Positions 46,301-59,300 of a stretch of 64,000 bases of DNA are shown here, piece by piece. Numbering within the stretch: position 1 is the first letter of the stretch; each line of letters begins with the position of its first letter. Below the pieces are notes generated by a model that saw only the letters and a list, made by a program, of their open reading frames with translations, did not search any database and was not told the origin of the DNA. Both the position numbers and the translations under genes were made by a program. The stretch lies in contig CM082583.2 in NCBI GenBank assembly GCA_040954595.2, positions 6,694,849 through 6,758,848 of the forward strand. The letters are read 5' to 3'. This DNA comes from Balanoglossus misakiensis. Lineage: Eukaryota; Animalia; Hemichordata.

Positions 46301-49300
46301 TAAGCGTACATGTACCGTACCTTGGTGGGATCAATGTCTATCCCTGGGAGGTTTGCCATCGCCACCGTGCCGAATGCTGGAATAACACCATATGTTGGCA
46401 GAACACAGAAGTCTTCATGTCCTTCATACAAGAACTTCAAGTGATCCTCTTCCTTTGTGGACATACCAACTGTTGACAGATTTAAACAACATGATTATGT
46501 TTTATCTCAGACTCAAAACAACAATGCTTCTGTTGAATTTGAATGAAATGACTGATAAAGCAATTTTTACGGCAAGATTGTGGATAACAAGTGAATTTTT
46601 GAGTATTTACCTCCTAAAGCATACAGAATTACGTCATCAGGTCCATACGATTTTGATTCACCTTTGAATTTGGCGCCAATAGCTTTGCTCTGGAATAATA
46701 ACAACAACAATATTAATACTACTAATAATAATAAATGTAAGCAAGAGCATAGCAGTAGAATTGTGAAAGGAGACATTGTATGTATAAAAGAGACTCTTCC
46801 AATTTCAGCAAAATCTTAAATTTACAATTTAGGTTCCTGTGGGCAACAATTGTTCTTTACAAATACGTCCACATTGTGAGAAATCAGGATGAATTGGATG
46901 ACATTTTCAGAGAAGTTTGACATGATACCTATGTGTAAAATTGAACAGTGTGTGCATATTTCGACAGGGAAAACAGCTATCATTGACCTCTAAATTTTGA
47001 GTTCAGTTGGAGTCAAAACTCACTGGATTAATGGAACCACTTCCACTTCCTAGAGCTGAAGTAGGATTGGGTTTGATGCTTGAATCATCGTCCAATGCTG
47101 ATAATGCTGCCATGACTGTTCCTGTTGCTTCTATAAAAATTAGAAAATGTTGTTAAGATTTGCTAGACTGGGAGGGGGGGGGGGGGTCAAGAGCTTCGTG
47201 GTGATGGGATAAACTACTCCACATCCACACTTTACTTGAAGAAATATTTTCCACAAAATTCATTCAAAACACAGTTCCGTCTTACAATGGATCGCACTAT
47301 ACTACAAATTCATTGCCTGACGTGAGACTGAAAATCCAAGTGATGGCAGCTACCAGTAATCAAACATACTGACAGTGATCATTGCATCAAAAGGCTACTA
47401 GTATTCACATACCTTGCGTCGATGTTGGATATACAGGGTTTGAAAAATCGGCAATTTTATCCCAGTTGTCACGAACTGAAAATCAATTCCACAAGGGAAG
47501 ATCAGACACAGTAGGTTAGTTTTGTCAATCGTATTTGACAATCAAAAGTTGCTATATAATGATTCTTATTGATATGTACTGATGGATTTTTACCAATGAC
47601 ATTTTGTGGAACTTTGCTGGTTCTCAGTTGCTTTGTATTTGTGATTTTCACAGTGTTCTCCCAATGTTTGGAGCTTAGGTAAATTACGTTGCAATCCCAG
47701 TAATATCTACTGTCCTCAATACACGTGTAAAGAGATTGATAACTGGGAAACCCAGGTAACATGGCATGCTTAGTTGATAGGTAAGGGGTTCACTTCAAAT
47801 CAGTTTTATATACTGTGTAAACTTGAAGGATATAAAAAAATTCTCACCTTGTTCAGGATTTACTGGCACATTTTTCTGTCTAAACACCGTACCTTCACTC
47901 CTTTGATACCTCACTGCAACACAACACATATACATGGTTTACAGATAACACTAATCTCCATGCTCTTGCTAACTCGCTTTCTCTCTCTCAGAGAAATGAT
48001 CTTCATTAAATTCTTGACACACAAAGTCGATGTTACCTTTGCTTGCAAAGCCAGCACCACACTCTACGATGCAGTTGTTTTCAGTACAAGTTTCATGACA
48101 CAGGTACAAGACAACCGGTGCAATATACTCTGGTTTCAACGCCTCAATCAAATCTGTGGAATGAAGATACATTTTGCTTTTGTTATCTTACATGTACAAA
48201 CATCTCAACTGCAGAAGAGAGTATTGTTTGACAGAAAACATGTTCAAGTGAGCCACTGCACACACATCTCAGATAGATGCCCAAACAGTTTTTAGCTGTT
48301 ACCGTGGAATCGGTTGGGTTTGGAGTTAAATTAACAACATTTATAGAACACTTGATATCCATTGAAACGATGCACCCCTGCTAGTGATTCTCACTGTTCA
48401 CAGGAATGCTCAGTGAAATAGAGAAATTTTTGCTCTTGATTATAGACTGAGGAACTCTATTCTTGAATTCCCAAACAATATTCTATATACACTGTACATG
48501 TACATATACATGAATATTATATGCCACTTCCTTGCATGGCCCATTTCTTGTAAGACTATACCCATGCACTTTCCTCTCAAAAACTTGCATATAACAGATT
48601 ACACATACCTGGAGGCATAACTGTTTCAGTGAGTCGAGATCCGGCGATCGGAGCGATGACATTGGTGAATATGTTGTACTTGGCGCCTTCTTTAGATAAC
48701 GTATTGGCCATACCAACAAGACCAAGTTTGGCTGTAGGATGTTAAAATGGTTGAGAATATGTTAAGACCAAACTTGTTGCCTGTAAGCAGGTCTCTGTGA
48801 TTCCTCCCTCAAAAAAAACCCAAACAATTCAACAACAACAACCAAATTTTCAGAACCATAGAAGAGCAGATTGTGTTATACGTGTTTTTCATATTTTTTT
48901 CATGAACTTAAGTTTGTTATTATATTCCTACAATCGTAACCTGTGGCAATCTGACATCCAATATGTTTCCATATTAGCATATACAGCTGGTGTATACACA
49001 CATTCCTGTGCGAGTTGTACACAAAGTTTCAGCAACCTATTAGAAGTGCAATCACAGAGTTTTCTACACATCATGACAATGTTTCACATATTAAAAGATG
49101 ATCAAAACACTTGCAAGATGTTTAGGATGATCTGACCTGCACTATAATTCGCTTGTCCAAAATTGCCGTACAATCCAGCAGCAGATGTAGTCATGATGAC
49201 ACGGCCATAATTTTGTTTCTTCATGTGTGGCCAAGCTGCTCTGGTGACAAGGAAGGATCCTCGGAGATGCACTCGATGCACTAAATCTAATAGTCAAAGA

Positions 49301-51389
49301 TAAGAAAGGCACAAAAACCTTCAGTGTGGTAAGATTTTGACCTTCCACTGTTTACTGATACAGTACTTTGGTACAACCCTACCTTGAACAGTCTATCCTG
49401 TCTATAGTGGCTAGTCAAGGGAATTCCTCAACTGCCCTTTATAGACAGGTCAATTAATGTACATGTTAATTGCACAGGGACTGTAACAACATGGCCATTA
49501 TAGACAAGTGGCCACTATGTAGAGGTGGCTGCTAACACAGGTTTGACTGTATGTGATAATTACTGTCAAAAACTGAAATTTCAGGTGTACACCATTCAAA
49601 CTGACAGTCCTTTATATCCAGTACATAACCAGTTAATGGTGTGGAGCCCACTGATATCCTGTGTTGAGAATTGAGTATGCAAAAAAATACTTATAACACA
49701 AGCACAGACACATAAAAATACTTACCCCAATCTAGATCACTTGTTCTGGCAAAAGACCTGTCTCTGAGAATACCAGCATTATTCACCACAATATCTAGAA
49801 TAGCACCAAGAAAAACAAATTCTATCCAGTAAAACTATTCTGAGGTTGTCTATACCATCAACAGGACTATCAGAACATTCGCCACTGTGTCATTGACTGC
49901 CCTGAATAATTGTACGCCTGATATTTACTCTATCTTAGTAAACGCAGAAATTTACCAGTATGAAATACCACTGCTGTTAAATTTAATCGATTAATCAGCA
50001 AAGGTTACATTCCAAACATTTCCATTTTACCCTATGTGGATATATGTACAATTTGAAGTTGATCATGAGACCAAAACTCTGCGGCCATATTTCGAGGATG
50101 ATTGATGTTAAGCCTGTTTCAATGATATAGGAGAAAATAGGGTGTTGAATAGTCTCCAATATTTAATACAGACGTCCAATGTACATTAAGATTTACCTAT
50201 TCTCCCAAAAGCATCCATTGCTGTTTGTACCAATTTCTCACCATCCTCGACAGAATCTGAAGTAAATAAAAATGCTCTACAGTTATCTTGAACATCACAT
50301 ATTTATTCAAAATGCAAGGTACTTGACATCTTAACCAAGAGTGGTGAGTAAAATATAATAAAACATGTTTCCAATAATAGAAGGCAGAAATCTATAGTAC
50401 ATGTTGATCTCATTAAAATCAGACGTAGAAATATACTTACCATAGTTTGCAACTGCCCTGCCTCCTTTGGCTATGATTTCATTGACCACAACATCAGCTG
50501 CCCTGCTGCTCTTACCCTCCCCTTTGATATCACCACCCAAATCATTGACTAGGTAAAATAAGAAAAGAAAATGAAAAGCAATGAGATTACTGTTTACATA
50601 ATTACTGCATAAGTGTTCTCCTCAGATTCTATAACTTCAAAGGTACATATCTGTTTTGATGATTAATAATACATTTTATTTGGAATGTCACATACCAACA
50701 ACTGCTGCTCCTCTCTCAGCAAACTTCAGGGCATACTCTTTCCCAAGTCCTGTTAATTTTTTAAGAAAAAGATATTGTCCCGTTACAGTAACCATGGTTA
50801 CTAGAAACCGAGATGTAGCTTACAGTATGAAAATGTAAACGAACTACCAATCAACTAAAATTCAAACTACGTTGTATCAGTATTTTAATAACTATAATGT
50901 TCAAAGTTGAAAGGCTGGCTAAACATGTGATAAGGTCAGTTTCTGATCTATGACCTTTGAACGGAGTGCGTGTACATAGACCACACAGGTACTGCGGGGT
51001 CAACCAACTTCTGCAATGATTCCAAATGTACCGGACCCTGGCAATCAGTGCAGTATTGCAAGATCTACTCTGGCGCTAGTGGGCTACACATAAAAGAAAC
51101 CCTTGAACGGTTGCGAATGTGTACCTGAATCAATATTTCAGTCTTTAAAACAGTTGTGCAGCCCTAGGCCCTGGGATCTCGCCTTAGACTCCGTGCATGG
51201 ACACGAACAGTCAGACCAGATACAGCAGACGAACTATGCTAATTGACCCTCAACTTATTTCTTCCGAAAGATGTGCAAGCCCCTCTGCAATTGGTCTGTT
51301 CCATTTTTCGGAACGCCAGGCAGAAACTTACCATTGCCAGCCCCGGTGACGAGGGCGACACGGCCGTCAAATCTCAGTTGATCAGACAT
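43370..51389 (-). CDS. HSD17B4: Peroxisomal multifunctional enzyme type 2 (dehydrogenase + hydratase 2 + SCP2), about 739 aa, 21 exons
   Basis: Exons 51332-51389, 50696-50749, 50441-50548, 50197-50256, 49726-49794, 49137-49286, 48609-48731, 48037-48153, 47848-47913, 47413-47475, 47024-47130, 46611-46689, 46321-46469, 45947-46070, 45574-45680, 45043-45285, 44748-44834, 44426-44512, 44141-44282, 43700-43836, 43370-43459. Motifs are [43 protein letters not shown] and SCP2 [15 protein letters not shown]. The C-terminus is PTS1-like -AKM. Confidence 0.96.
45844..45935. mobile_element. piggyBac-type MITE, copy 3 (degenerate)
   Basis: TTAGTCTTTCACCCC...CCATGGTAGTGAAAGGGTTGA, similar to the 33642 copy. 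Confidence 0.55.
49358..49551. mobile_element. Degenerate Tc1/mariner-pogo-type MITE remnant
   Basis: Ends TA-CAGT... and ...CAGGTTTGACTG-TA, with internal repeated TATAGACAGGT / TATAGACAAGT / TGTAGAGGT units. Confidence 0.45.
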
Positions 51390-51670
51390 CTCGACGGACT
51401 AGGATAGGAGTTCGTGTTCCAGCTCTGTGTAGCTAGCAGAGGCAGAGAGCGAGAGGTCAAGCAGGGTCACCGAAATCGAATCCGTAGAGGGCGCTCATTT
51501 CAGGGATTGAATGCAAAACATGAGCAGACCCTGTGCTGTGCCTGGTCACTGACACTGTTGACAACCGCGTCTAATGCACTTTGTATTCAAACGAGACACC
51601 TAAATGTAGCCCTGGGATAAGTGGTCGAACAAAAAGTCGTACATCAACAGTTTTGAGAGTAGTTGAAAAG
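51390..51670. promoter_or_regulatory. Putative bidirectional promoter between HSD17B4 and the hydratase-only gene
   Basis: Only 281 bp separate the divergent ATGs (51389 on -, 51671 on +). The segment is locally CpG-rich and holds a DR4, AGGTCA-AGCA-GGGTCA, at 51454-51469. Confidence 0.65.
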
Positions 51671-52888
51671 ATGGTTCATCACTATGGTATTGGTAAGTGT
51701 AGCTTGTACCAAAGTACCTTCCCTGACCTGAGTAAGGTCCAGCAGACTGGAGTAGGACCAGGGGGGGGGGGGGGGGGGACTTGTCTATTTGCGCCTCCAA
51801 TGGTCCAGTATAGTGGACCATTCAGTCTTCCATATGGCTGTCAGGTATACAGGCCGACGTGTGCTCGATGACAGTTTTGCTTGATCAGTAGGCTATAGTC
51901 TTTAGTGCACCTTTAATACAAAACACGTAGTAACCCCAATATTAAGGTCAGCTTAATACCAAAACTCAGATCTGGTAAATTACATACTGCTGGTCATATG
52001 CCTGATAGTCAGTAAAAGTGACCAAATTCAAGCTACACAGTGGTAGAGAGACCTCTGCCCCACCACATACATGGTCATTCAAAACTTACACATGACCTTT
52101 TGACCTTAACATACATGTATAAGTGATTGTATTCCTTTAAAGCTCTAAAACCCCATACAACTTTTTGTTCAACTTTTCAGCAAAATATGCGTCTGTACAT
52201 TTAAGTCAGAGGTTTTACCGAAGATGTGCCTCAAGTGCAGCTGTTGCTTGGTACAAGCAAGTGAGCGCCACACCCAAGAAAGGTGAGTCAATTTTTGACA
52301 ATGATGATGCTTAATTTTTTTCAAAGCATCTCATTTTTTCAGACATAAATTACTTTCATTGCTTGATCTAATATCACGTTCAAATTAAACCTTTAAGAAA
52401 CTACGCTACAAGGCAGTGTGAGCCTAAGACGTACCTTTTGGACTAAATCTCCAAACTATGCAGCTGAAGGATATGCAAGGGCAGGAAAATCCAAGAATCT
52501 TGATCCGGTAAGATGGGTGTAGTGCAACTATATTCACATACAGTCATCGCTTGTCTCTCTTGTCTGTAAGTGCATATGTTCCATATTTTTCCCAATATGT
52601 AACTTTCAGGTATGCATTGACATTTTGTATGGTTATTTCAATCCTTTGCAGGATAAAGTGATTGGGTACAAAACTCCACCAATCCCATTCACGTACACAA
52701 GAAGAGATGGTATATTATATGCACTAGGGGGTAAGCAACACATGTATCCTGTGTCCTTCTTTTGCCTATCTACATTGTATAAACTGAGGATGAATGTATT
52801 GTATGAAATTTGAAATCTTCTATCATAAGCACCATCTGTCATCATTCTCCCCTCCTTCCCACCCACCACCATCATCATCATCATCAAT

Positions 52889-52969
<81 letters not shown>

Positions 52970-55514
52970 GCAACCACTGGTACCACTACTTCCCTATGCT
53001 TGTACAATCAACTTGAACCTTGCTGTTGTAAATGCATGTCAAAAATAGCAATAATGTTATCTGTAGGAGAATTTTAGCTTCCATTTGGAATATGTCTAAA
53101 AAACACTATATGAACAGTACAATCTTTACTGATTTCTTTTACCCCCTAGTTGGTGCTAAAGTTGGCCAACGTGATTATCTGAAGTTCCTGTATGAAGGCA
53201 GTGATAATTTCAGCATTCTGCCAACCTATGCAGCTCTGGTAGGACAGGTGGTATCAACAGAGCCTATGCTTGGTAATACATTATCTGGGTTGAAGGTGCA
53301 TTTAGAAAATGTAAGTGTCTTTATTCGTGTACGCGTACGCTGCATGTGTTATTGGTTACATGTATGTCATTGATATGGTGCTCATGATTGCTTCATTAGC
53401 ATGAACTTTTTGTGAAGCTAAATTTGGCAGAATTTTTGATGTCATTTGCTGGAACAGTTCCATCTTTATGATAAACGCAGTTTCTAATCTGTGCAGCACC
53501 ATCATCAATTTGAGAAGAGATTAGACATAGTTAGTTAATGATTTAAATTTGCATTATCAAGAATTTATTTAGGTGGAAAAGCGTGTCCAGTGAAAATACA
53601 TTGCAAAGAAATTCCAAATTAAAAGTATTCCACCACACAATATGATTGATTCTAAAGTTTTTATTTACCGGTAAATATTAAATGAATTGTACTTCAATGT
53701 AGATCTTACATGGTGAACAGTACCTTGAGGTTTACAAGCCACTACCACCCTCAGGCAATCTGTCGTCTGTTCTGACTGTCATTGACATCCTGGACAAACG
53801 GTCGGGGGCCTTATTAATTGCTGATGGTAAATGCTTCTTCTCTGATAAATCTGACATCGGTTTTTTTCTTTTGACCTCTCAATAGAATATAGGATTGCAG
53901 CAAAACCAAAGTAGTGTTTTTCCAGATTTACGTTGGAGTGAAAATTCAAAACGAAAAGTCGTCATAGTTTAAGTATTTGATTGTTTGGATTAATTTTTTT
54001 CTTTGGCACGTGCAACTAATGAAATGAGCTGATAGGCCAATGTGAATAATATACCCATTACACTTAACTACATTTCTCTTTGGATATTGGTCATTTGAGC
54101 TGTTCCATTGAAGTCTGATATGACAAGGTAATGCACATTTATCTTTTAGTCCACACTCGTGATGAAAGTGGTGAACTGATGGCTTATAACCAACTTGGAT
54201 TTTTTGAAGTTGGGGCTGGAAAGTTTGGAGGAAAGAAGCATTCTGACAATATTAAGGTACATGACATATCTTTGAATGTTGAGAATTCATTTTTTGTGAC
54301 TAAAATTACGGGGATTTGTTGGGATGGATTGTAATGTTGGTGTTTTGTGACACTAGAAGCAAGTCAAACGGTATACATTTTAAGCAAGTTTACTCACAAA
54401 CAGTGACAAAAGAGGATTTTGCCCAAGGTTCTTCTTTTTAAACATAACAGAACGTGTTAGTTTGTTTGTATTTGATTAGTTTGTATTTGATATATTGTTT
54501 GTTTGTTTGTTTATTTATTTGTTTGTTAGCTCATTAAGCCAGGGTTCTCTTAAGAAGCACATTGTCTATAACCAGCTAGTGAATATGCAAACTGTATTAG
54601 TATATATTCCGTTGTATAGACTTCCAATGGTGACCAGTCATTGTTGGATTATTGAGAAAGCAATATTTTTTCTCATTACACAGCCAACAGTTGCCAAGCC
54701 TTCACGGCCGCCTGACAAGGTGATGGAAGAGACGACGTCACCTAGCCAGGCAGCGATCTACAGACTTAGTGGTGACTACAACGCGCTGCACATTGACCCC
54801 GAGTTTTCTGCCAAAGGTGGACAACCTATACCAATTTTGCACGGTTTGTGCACATTTGGTCATGCTGCCCGACATGTTCTGTACAAGTACGCTGGCAACG
54901 ACGTCACCAGATTCAAGGCTATGAAGGTAGGGGATGGCTTGCATATTAAAGTTATCAGAGACCGAAATATTTCTGATAGTGGCTTTCTATGGGGAGAACA
55001 AAGACAGCGCTGTCAAGCATACAGCTACAGATATTGAACTGGCAGAGATGTGACCGTGCTATGAAACATTTAGCAGTGACATGTCTACTGTCTACACAAA
55101 CTGAAATGTCATCTCCTTTTTGTACTTTTACCCTTCTCTAAATAAACTTTTAGGTCAGATTCACAAATCCAGTACTTCCAGGTCAAACAATTCAGACAGA
55201 AATGTGGAAGGAAGGAAACAGAATTCACATCCAATGTAGGGTGAGTCATTTTTGCCTTTATCTCTTAATTCTGATAATGGCCATGGTGAGAAAAATATTG
55301 TTTTTTTGGAATCACTACTTCAACCATTTTTTCCTTTAAAATGCTGCATTGAATTTATGTTATGTTATGTTATGTTTTGATATGTTATGTTATGTTATGT
55401 GTGGTATTTTTCTTCTAATAATCATTTCATGCCATATATATTTTTATATTACAGGTTTTAGAAACTGAGGACATCTGCATCTCAGGAGCGTATGTTGACT
55501 TGAAACCAGAGTAA
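51671..55514 (+). CDS. Stand-alone (R)-specific enoyl-CoA hydratase 2 (MaoC/hot-dog) derived from HSD17B4, with a novel basic N-terminal extension; about 364 aa, 10 exons
   Basis: Exons 51671-51692, 52181-52282 and 52398-52507 are novel. Exons 52652-52730, 53150-53310, 53703-53826, 54150-54256, 54684-54926, 55154-55240 and 55455-55514 correspond to HSD17B4 exons 12-18, five with identical lengths (79/124/107/243/87). Motifs [22 protein letters not shown] and [10 protein letters not shown] are present. It ends ...AYVDLKPE* with AATAAA at 55891. The core is solid and the three 5' exons are less certain. Confidence 0.85.
52862..52968. repeat. (CAT)n microsatellite
   Basis: Visible directly; intronic. 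Confidence 0.95.
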
Positions 55515-56339
55515 ATACAGAACAACTGAGGAAGAAAAGTACAGTATATCCCGCAACTGACATCCAAATACATCAAATGTATGCTTCACAAATGAAATAT
55601 CTGGATGAACTGACAGAATATGATATGCTTTTATGAAATATATATCGCTGATTTTCTTTTAACTGGCTGTGGTTATTTTTTGGAATTCAATTTTCTTCCT
55701 GAAAATGTAGATTTCAGGGCTTCTTTTTCGGTAATCATGAAGTTGTGAAAAACAAGTGTTTTGAAGGCAGCATTAATTCACATAGTGAAGATGCATCCTC
55801 AAGAACATTAAGCCTTCAAATATTTATGTCTTAACATATCATGTTATTATGTAAATTTTTGACTTGGATAACTATTCATCAATTCTTACAAATAAAATAA
55901 TAGAATCTCTTAGAGATACTATCATGGTATTATGTCATTTATAGCATTTATATCTGAGTATATGCAGAGGGAGAGACAGACAGACACACCCACATAAATG
56001 AAGAGGCAGACAGAGAAATTGTATGCAGCCCCCCCCCCCCCCCACACACACACACACACATCACCCAATTAGATATCCCAGTTTATTTATGGAAAATTTG
56101 TATCGAACTGTGTCTTGTTTTCTCAGAAATATATCCCTAGTTATAAAACTTGTAAAAGTTCATTGAAAAAGAAAACGTGATGATCCAGGCCCACCAAAAT
56201 TTAATGTTTAGTAATGATAGTATTATCAGTACTTGTCACTTTGAACTATCGTCGCGCACCACGCACATTATACACACACACACCGACATAATAAGCTAAA
56301 GCAGGCAAGTTGTCATTAATACTGTTGGTCTTCATCAAA

Positions 56340-59300
56340 ATGGCTGATCTGCGGTTCGACGGCCGTGTAGCCTTGGTAACCGGAGCCGGTAATGGTAAGT
56401 CTCCGTAGAATGTATACTTTGAACAGTCGGAGAACTAGTTCTGTACCCATTTGACACGGCTGTACAGGGCGCGGTGGGGTTGGTCCCGGGTTCAAAGGGT
56501 CCCTGGCGTTTAGAAGTTATCAAGGTCACCATGGCTGCTCGAGATCTGTACCATTATCTTCATTTTATGTCCAAACTTTGATAAATTTATATTCTGAGAC
56601 TTGGCCCGGGAGATACTAGGAAAGCTAGGAATTCCAGGTGATGAGGGTAGTAGGCTCTACATAATTTATTCGCGTGTTTCTGCAATTAAAACATGCGCAA
56701 GTGCCACCTCCGTGACACAGTCGCGTGAGAGTTGTTTTTACACGGCGATCGTGTACGTGTGTAGGCTTAATACTACTATTGTACTAGTAGTACGAGAGAT
56801 ACATGTATGCTGGAAATGTACGTAGGCTATACTCTCTCTCTGCTGAACAACGGATCCCATGACAGGGAGGATGTTTTATTGTCTGTTAATTAATATAGGG
56901 CCTAGTTGTTACAATTGGTACAATCACGGTCACTCCGACCGTGGACGCGTGGTACGATACACATGACAATTGTCAACGTGACCCTGATCTACACTTGTTG
57001 TTATTGAGACAGACCTGTTCGATGATGTAAAGATGCTGCCAAACCAATGTTACAAACGAGAAAACACGATAAAATTCCACTGAAAAGGGTTAAACAGTAT
57101 ACCGATCATCTCACGGACACAGAAGACCATGACGTCTGTAGGCCTACCACCTGTTGCGCAGACAATCTCAGTCCCTGAAAACTGAGTTTCTGGAAGAGAC
57201 TTTGAAATCATTTTTGTGGTACATTTTTTCATTTTCAAAAAAAGACAACAGTAAAAAGTAAAAAATAATAGTATTCATGTCGATTTTCCAGTAGAATTAG
57301 TGAGTTGGGCCTACCATGGAGATAAGTTCTGGGGCCAAATCACAATTATTTGAGTCACGGTACCCCTGGTACATTGTTGATATACTTGGCGACAGTTATT
57401 TTTAAAATGGCAAAAGGTCTCCCATATTAATATGTATATCATAACATTAATATATGTTGATGTCGTCAGGTCTGGGGAAAGAATATGCTTTGATGCTGGC
57501 CGACCGCGGCGCCTCGGTTGTAGGTGAGTTTTATTTCTCGAACCAGATTTGACGTTATAAAGTCATATAATAACGCGTGGAAAACTTTTTCCTTTGCCAG
57601 TGGGGTGGATACTTTGCGAGCAAAACTTCTGTGTCAGAACTTCTCGTGAAGTACAGGCGAACCCCGGAGTTTTGTTGGACAGTTGTACTATAAGCTTAAT
57701 ACCACTGGTATATAGTCAATGAATGATGACTACGGGATGGATTTTCAAAAAGGAAAATCGTGTCTACTTGTTTGTTTTACTTCACAGTGAATGACTTGGG
57801 AGGAGATATGAAAGGAGGTGGGAAAAGTGCCAGGCCAGCAGATGCCGTGGTCGATCAAATCAGAGCCAGCGGAGGAAAGGCCGTAGCAAGTTACGGTACG
57901 AAAACGTTAGGGCGTCTACACTGGTAACGGGGGTACGGCGTGAATTGGTCTAGGCCGTTAACGTCGATCATATTTCTCCTGAAGGTTTTGTAAAGTCAAA
58001 CGTGTTTTAGATAAAAGAAAAAAACATTTGAAAAGTGCGGTTGTAATAGACAGCACTGGTGGTATTATGGAGTACAAAATTAGAACTCTGAGTCTGAGCC
58101 TAGGACTTTGCCACGTTCATTACTAATCTGATAGCCGGAAAGTTTGCTGAACTCGAACTTTGTACTTGGTCGATATCTGGATTTGGAAGCGCAGTAGTAG
58201 CATGATGATAGATAACACTAGATACACATAATTCCCTTTATAGATTCTGTGGAAGAGGGAGAAAAATTGGTTCAAACTGCTCTGGATAATTTTGGACGAA
58301 TAGGTAACGTGTTTTCTGATCGAGAGTTTTGTCATTTACGACATGCAATCAACTATAACAATTATTTCAGACAAATTATGATGTATTATATATATTTTTT
58401 TGTCAGCATTTCCAGTTTATGTTTTATCTTGATGAAAAGTGATTCCACCACTTTATAACGATCATCGATTTCAGATATTGTTATCAATAACGCGGGTATT
58501 CTTAGGGACCGGACGATCGCTAGGACAAGTGATCTCGACTGGGGTAAGTAATTGGTGACCATGACTGGGGTAAGTGAGGTGTGTGTGGCTGTAATTTGGG
58601 CGTGTCACCAACTGTGGATGTGATGACAGTGACAGGGGAGAATTATCTAATTCTCAGAATCGTGTGTGACTTTGACGGGGTAGGTCTAATTTGGATATGA
58701 TGTATATATATTCCAGTTTGTTCGTAAGGGCAAAAACACCAACCCGAAATTAATCCATTAAAGATCGATGTCTATATGCAAACGACAATACTGACCATTT
58801 TATCATGATTTTCGTATCTGCCACGACAGATTTAGTACACAGGGTTCATCTTCGAGGTTCGTTTCTTGTAACCAGGGCAGCATGGCCTCATATGAAAAAG
58901 CAAAAATATGGCCGAATCATTATGATTACGTCATCATCTGGTATCCATGGTAATTTTGGACAGTCAAATTATGCTGCAGGTTAGTTTTTGGAGTCGCAGA
59001 TCTTTGATACTATACAGAGAAATGGCGTTTTAAAAATAAACGGTTACCTTGTATATCATTACGAATATAAACCTGGCAACATGAAACATTTAAAAGAATT
59101 ACATGGTCATTAATATTATAAAACAGCGATGATCTAAGATTGTTTGACAGTGCAAAATGGGACACCGCGTGCATTCAACCGTTTTTGCATTGATGCTGAA
59201 ATAGTTTATCGTTCGATCGACATGGGACATTGAAGTTTTTGTTTGTTTGTCAGCGAAACTCGGATTGGTCGGGCTAAGTTTTACACTTGCTAAGGAGGGA

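Noticed and set aside
47774-48295. 173-aa and similar antisense ORFs (also 34439-34933 and 886-1191)
   Set aside because: They lie on the opposite strand of real exons and introns and have no independent coding signal.
52633-53048. Poly-His, poly-Ser and poly-Met ORFs (also 23968-24196 and 37349-37636)
   Set aside because: They are translations of intronic trinucleotide microsatellites.
55455-57523. Single circularly permuted hydratase-dehydrogenase fusion gene
   Set aside because: The only nearby donor (CCAGA|gtaaat) is phase 2 while dehydrogenase exon 2 needs phase 1. The hydratase has a stop plus AATAAA (55891), and the dehydrogenase has its own ATG exon.
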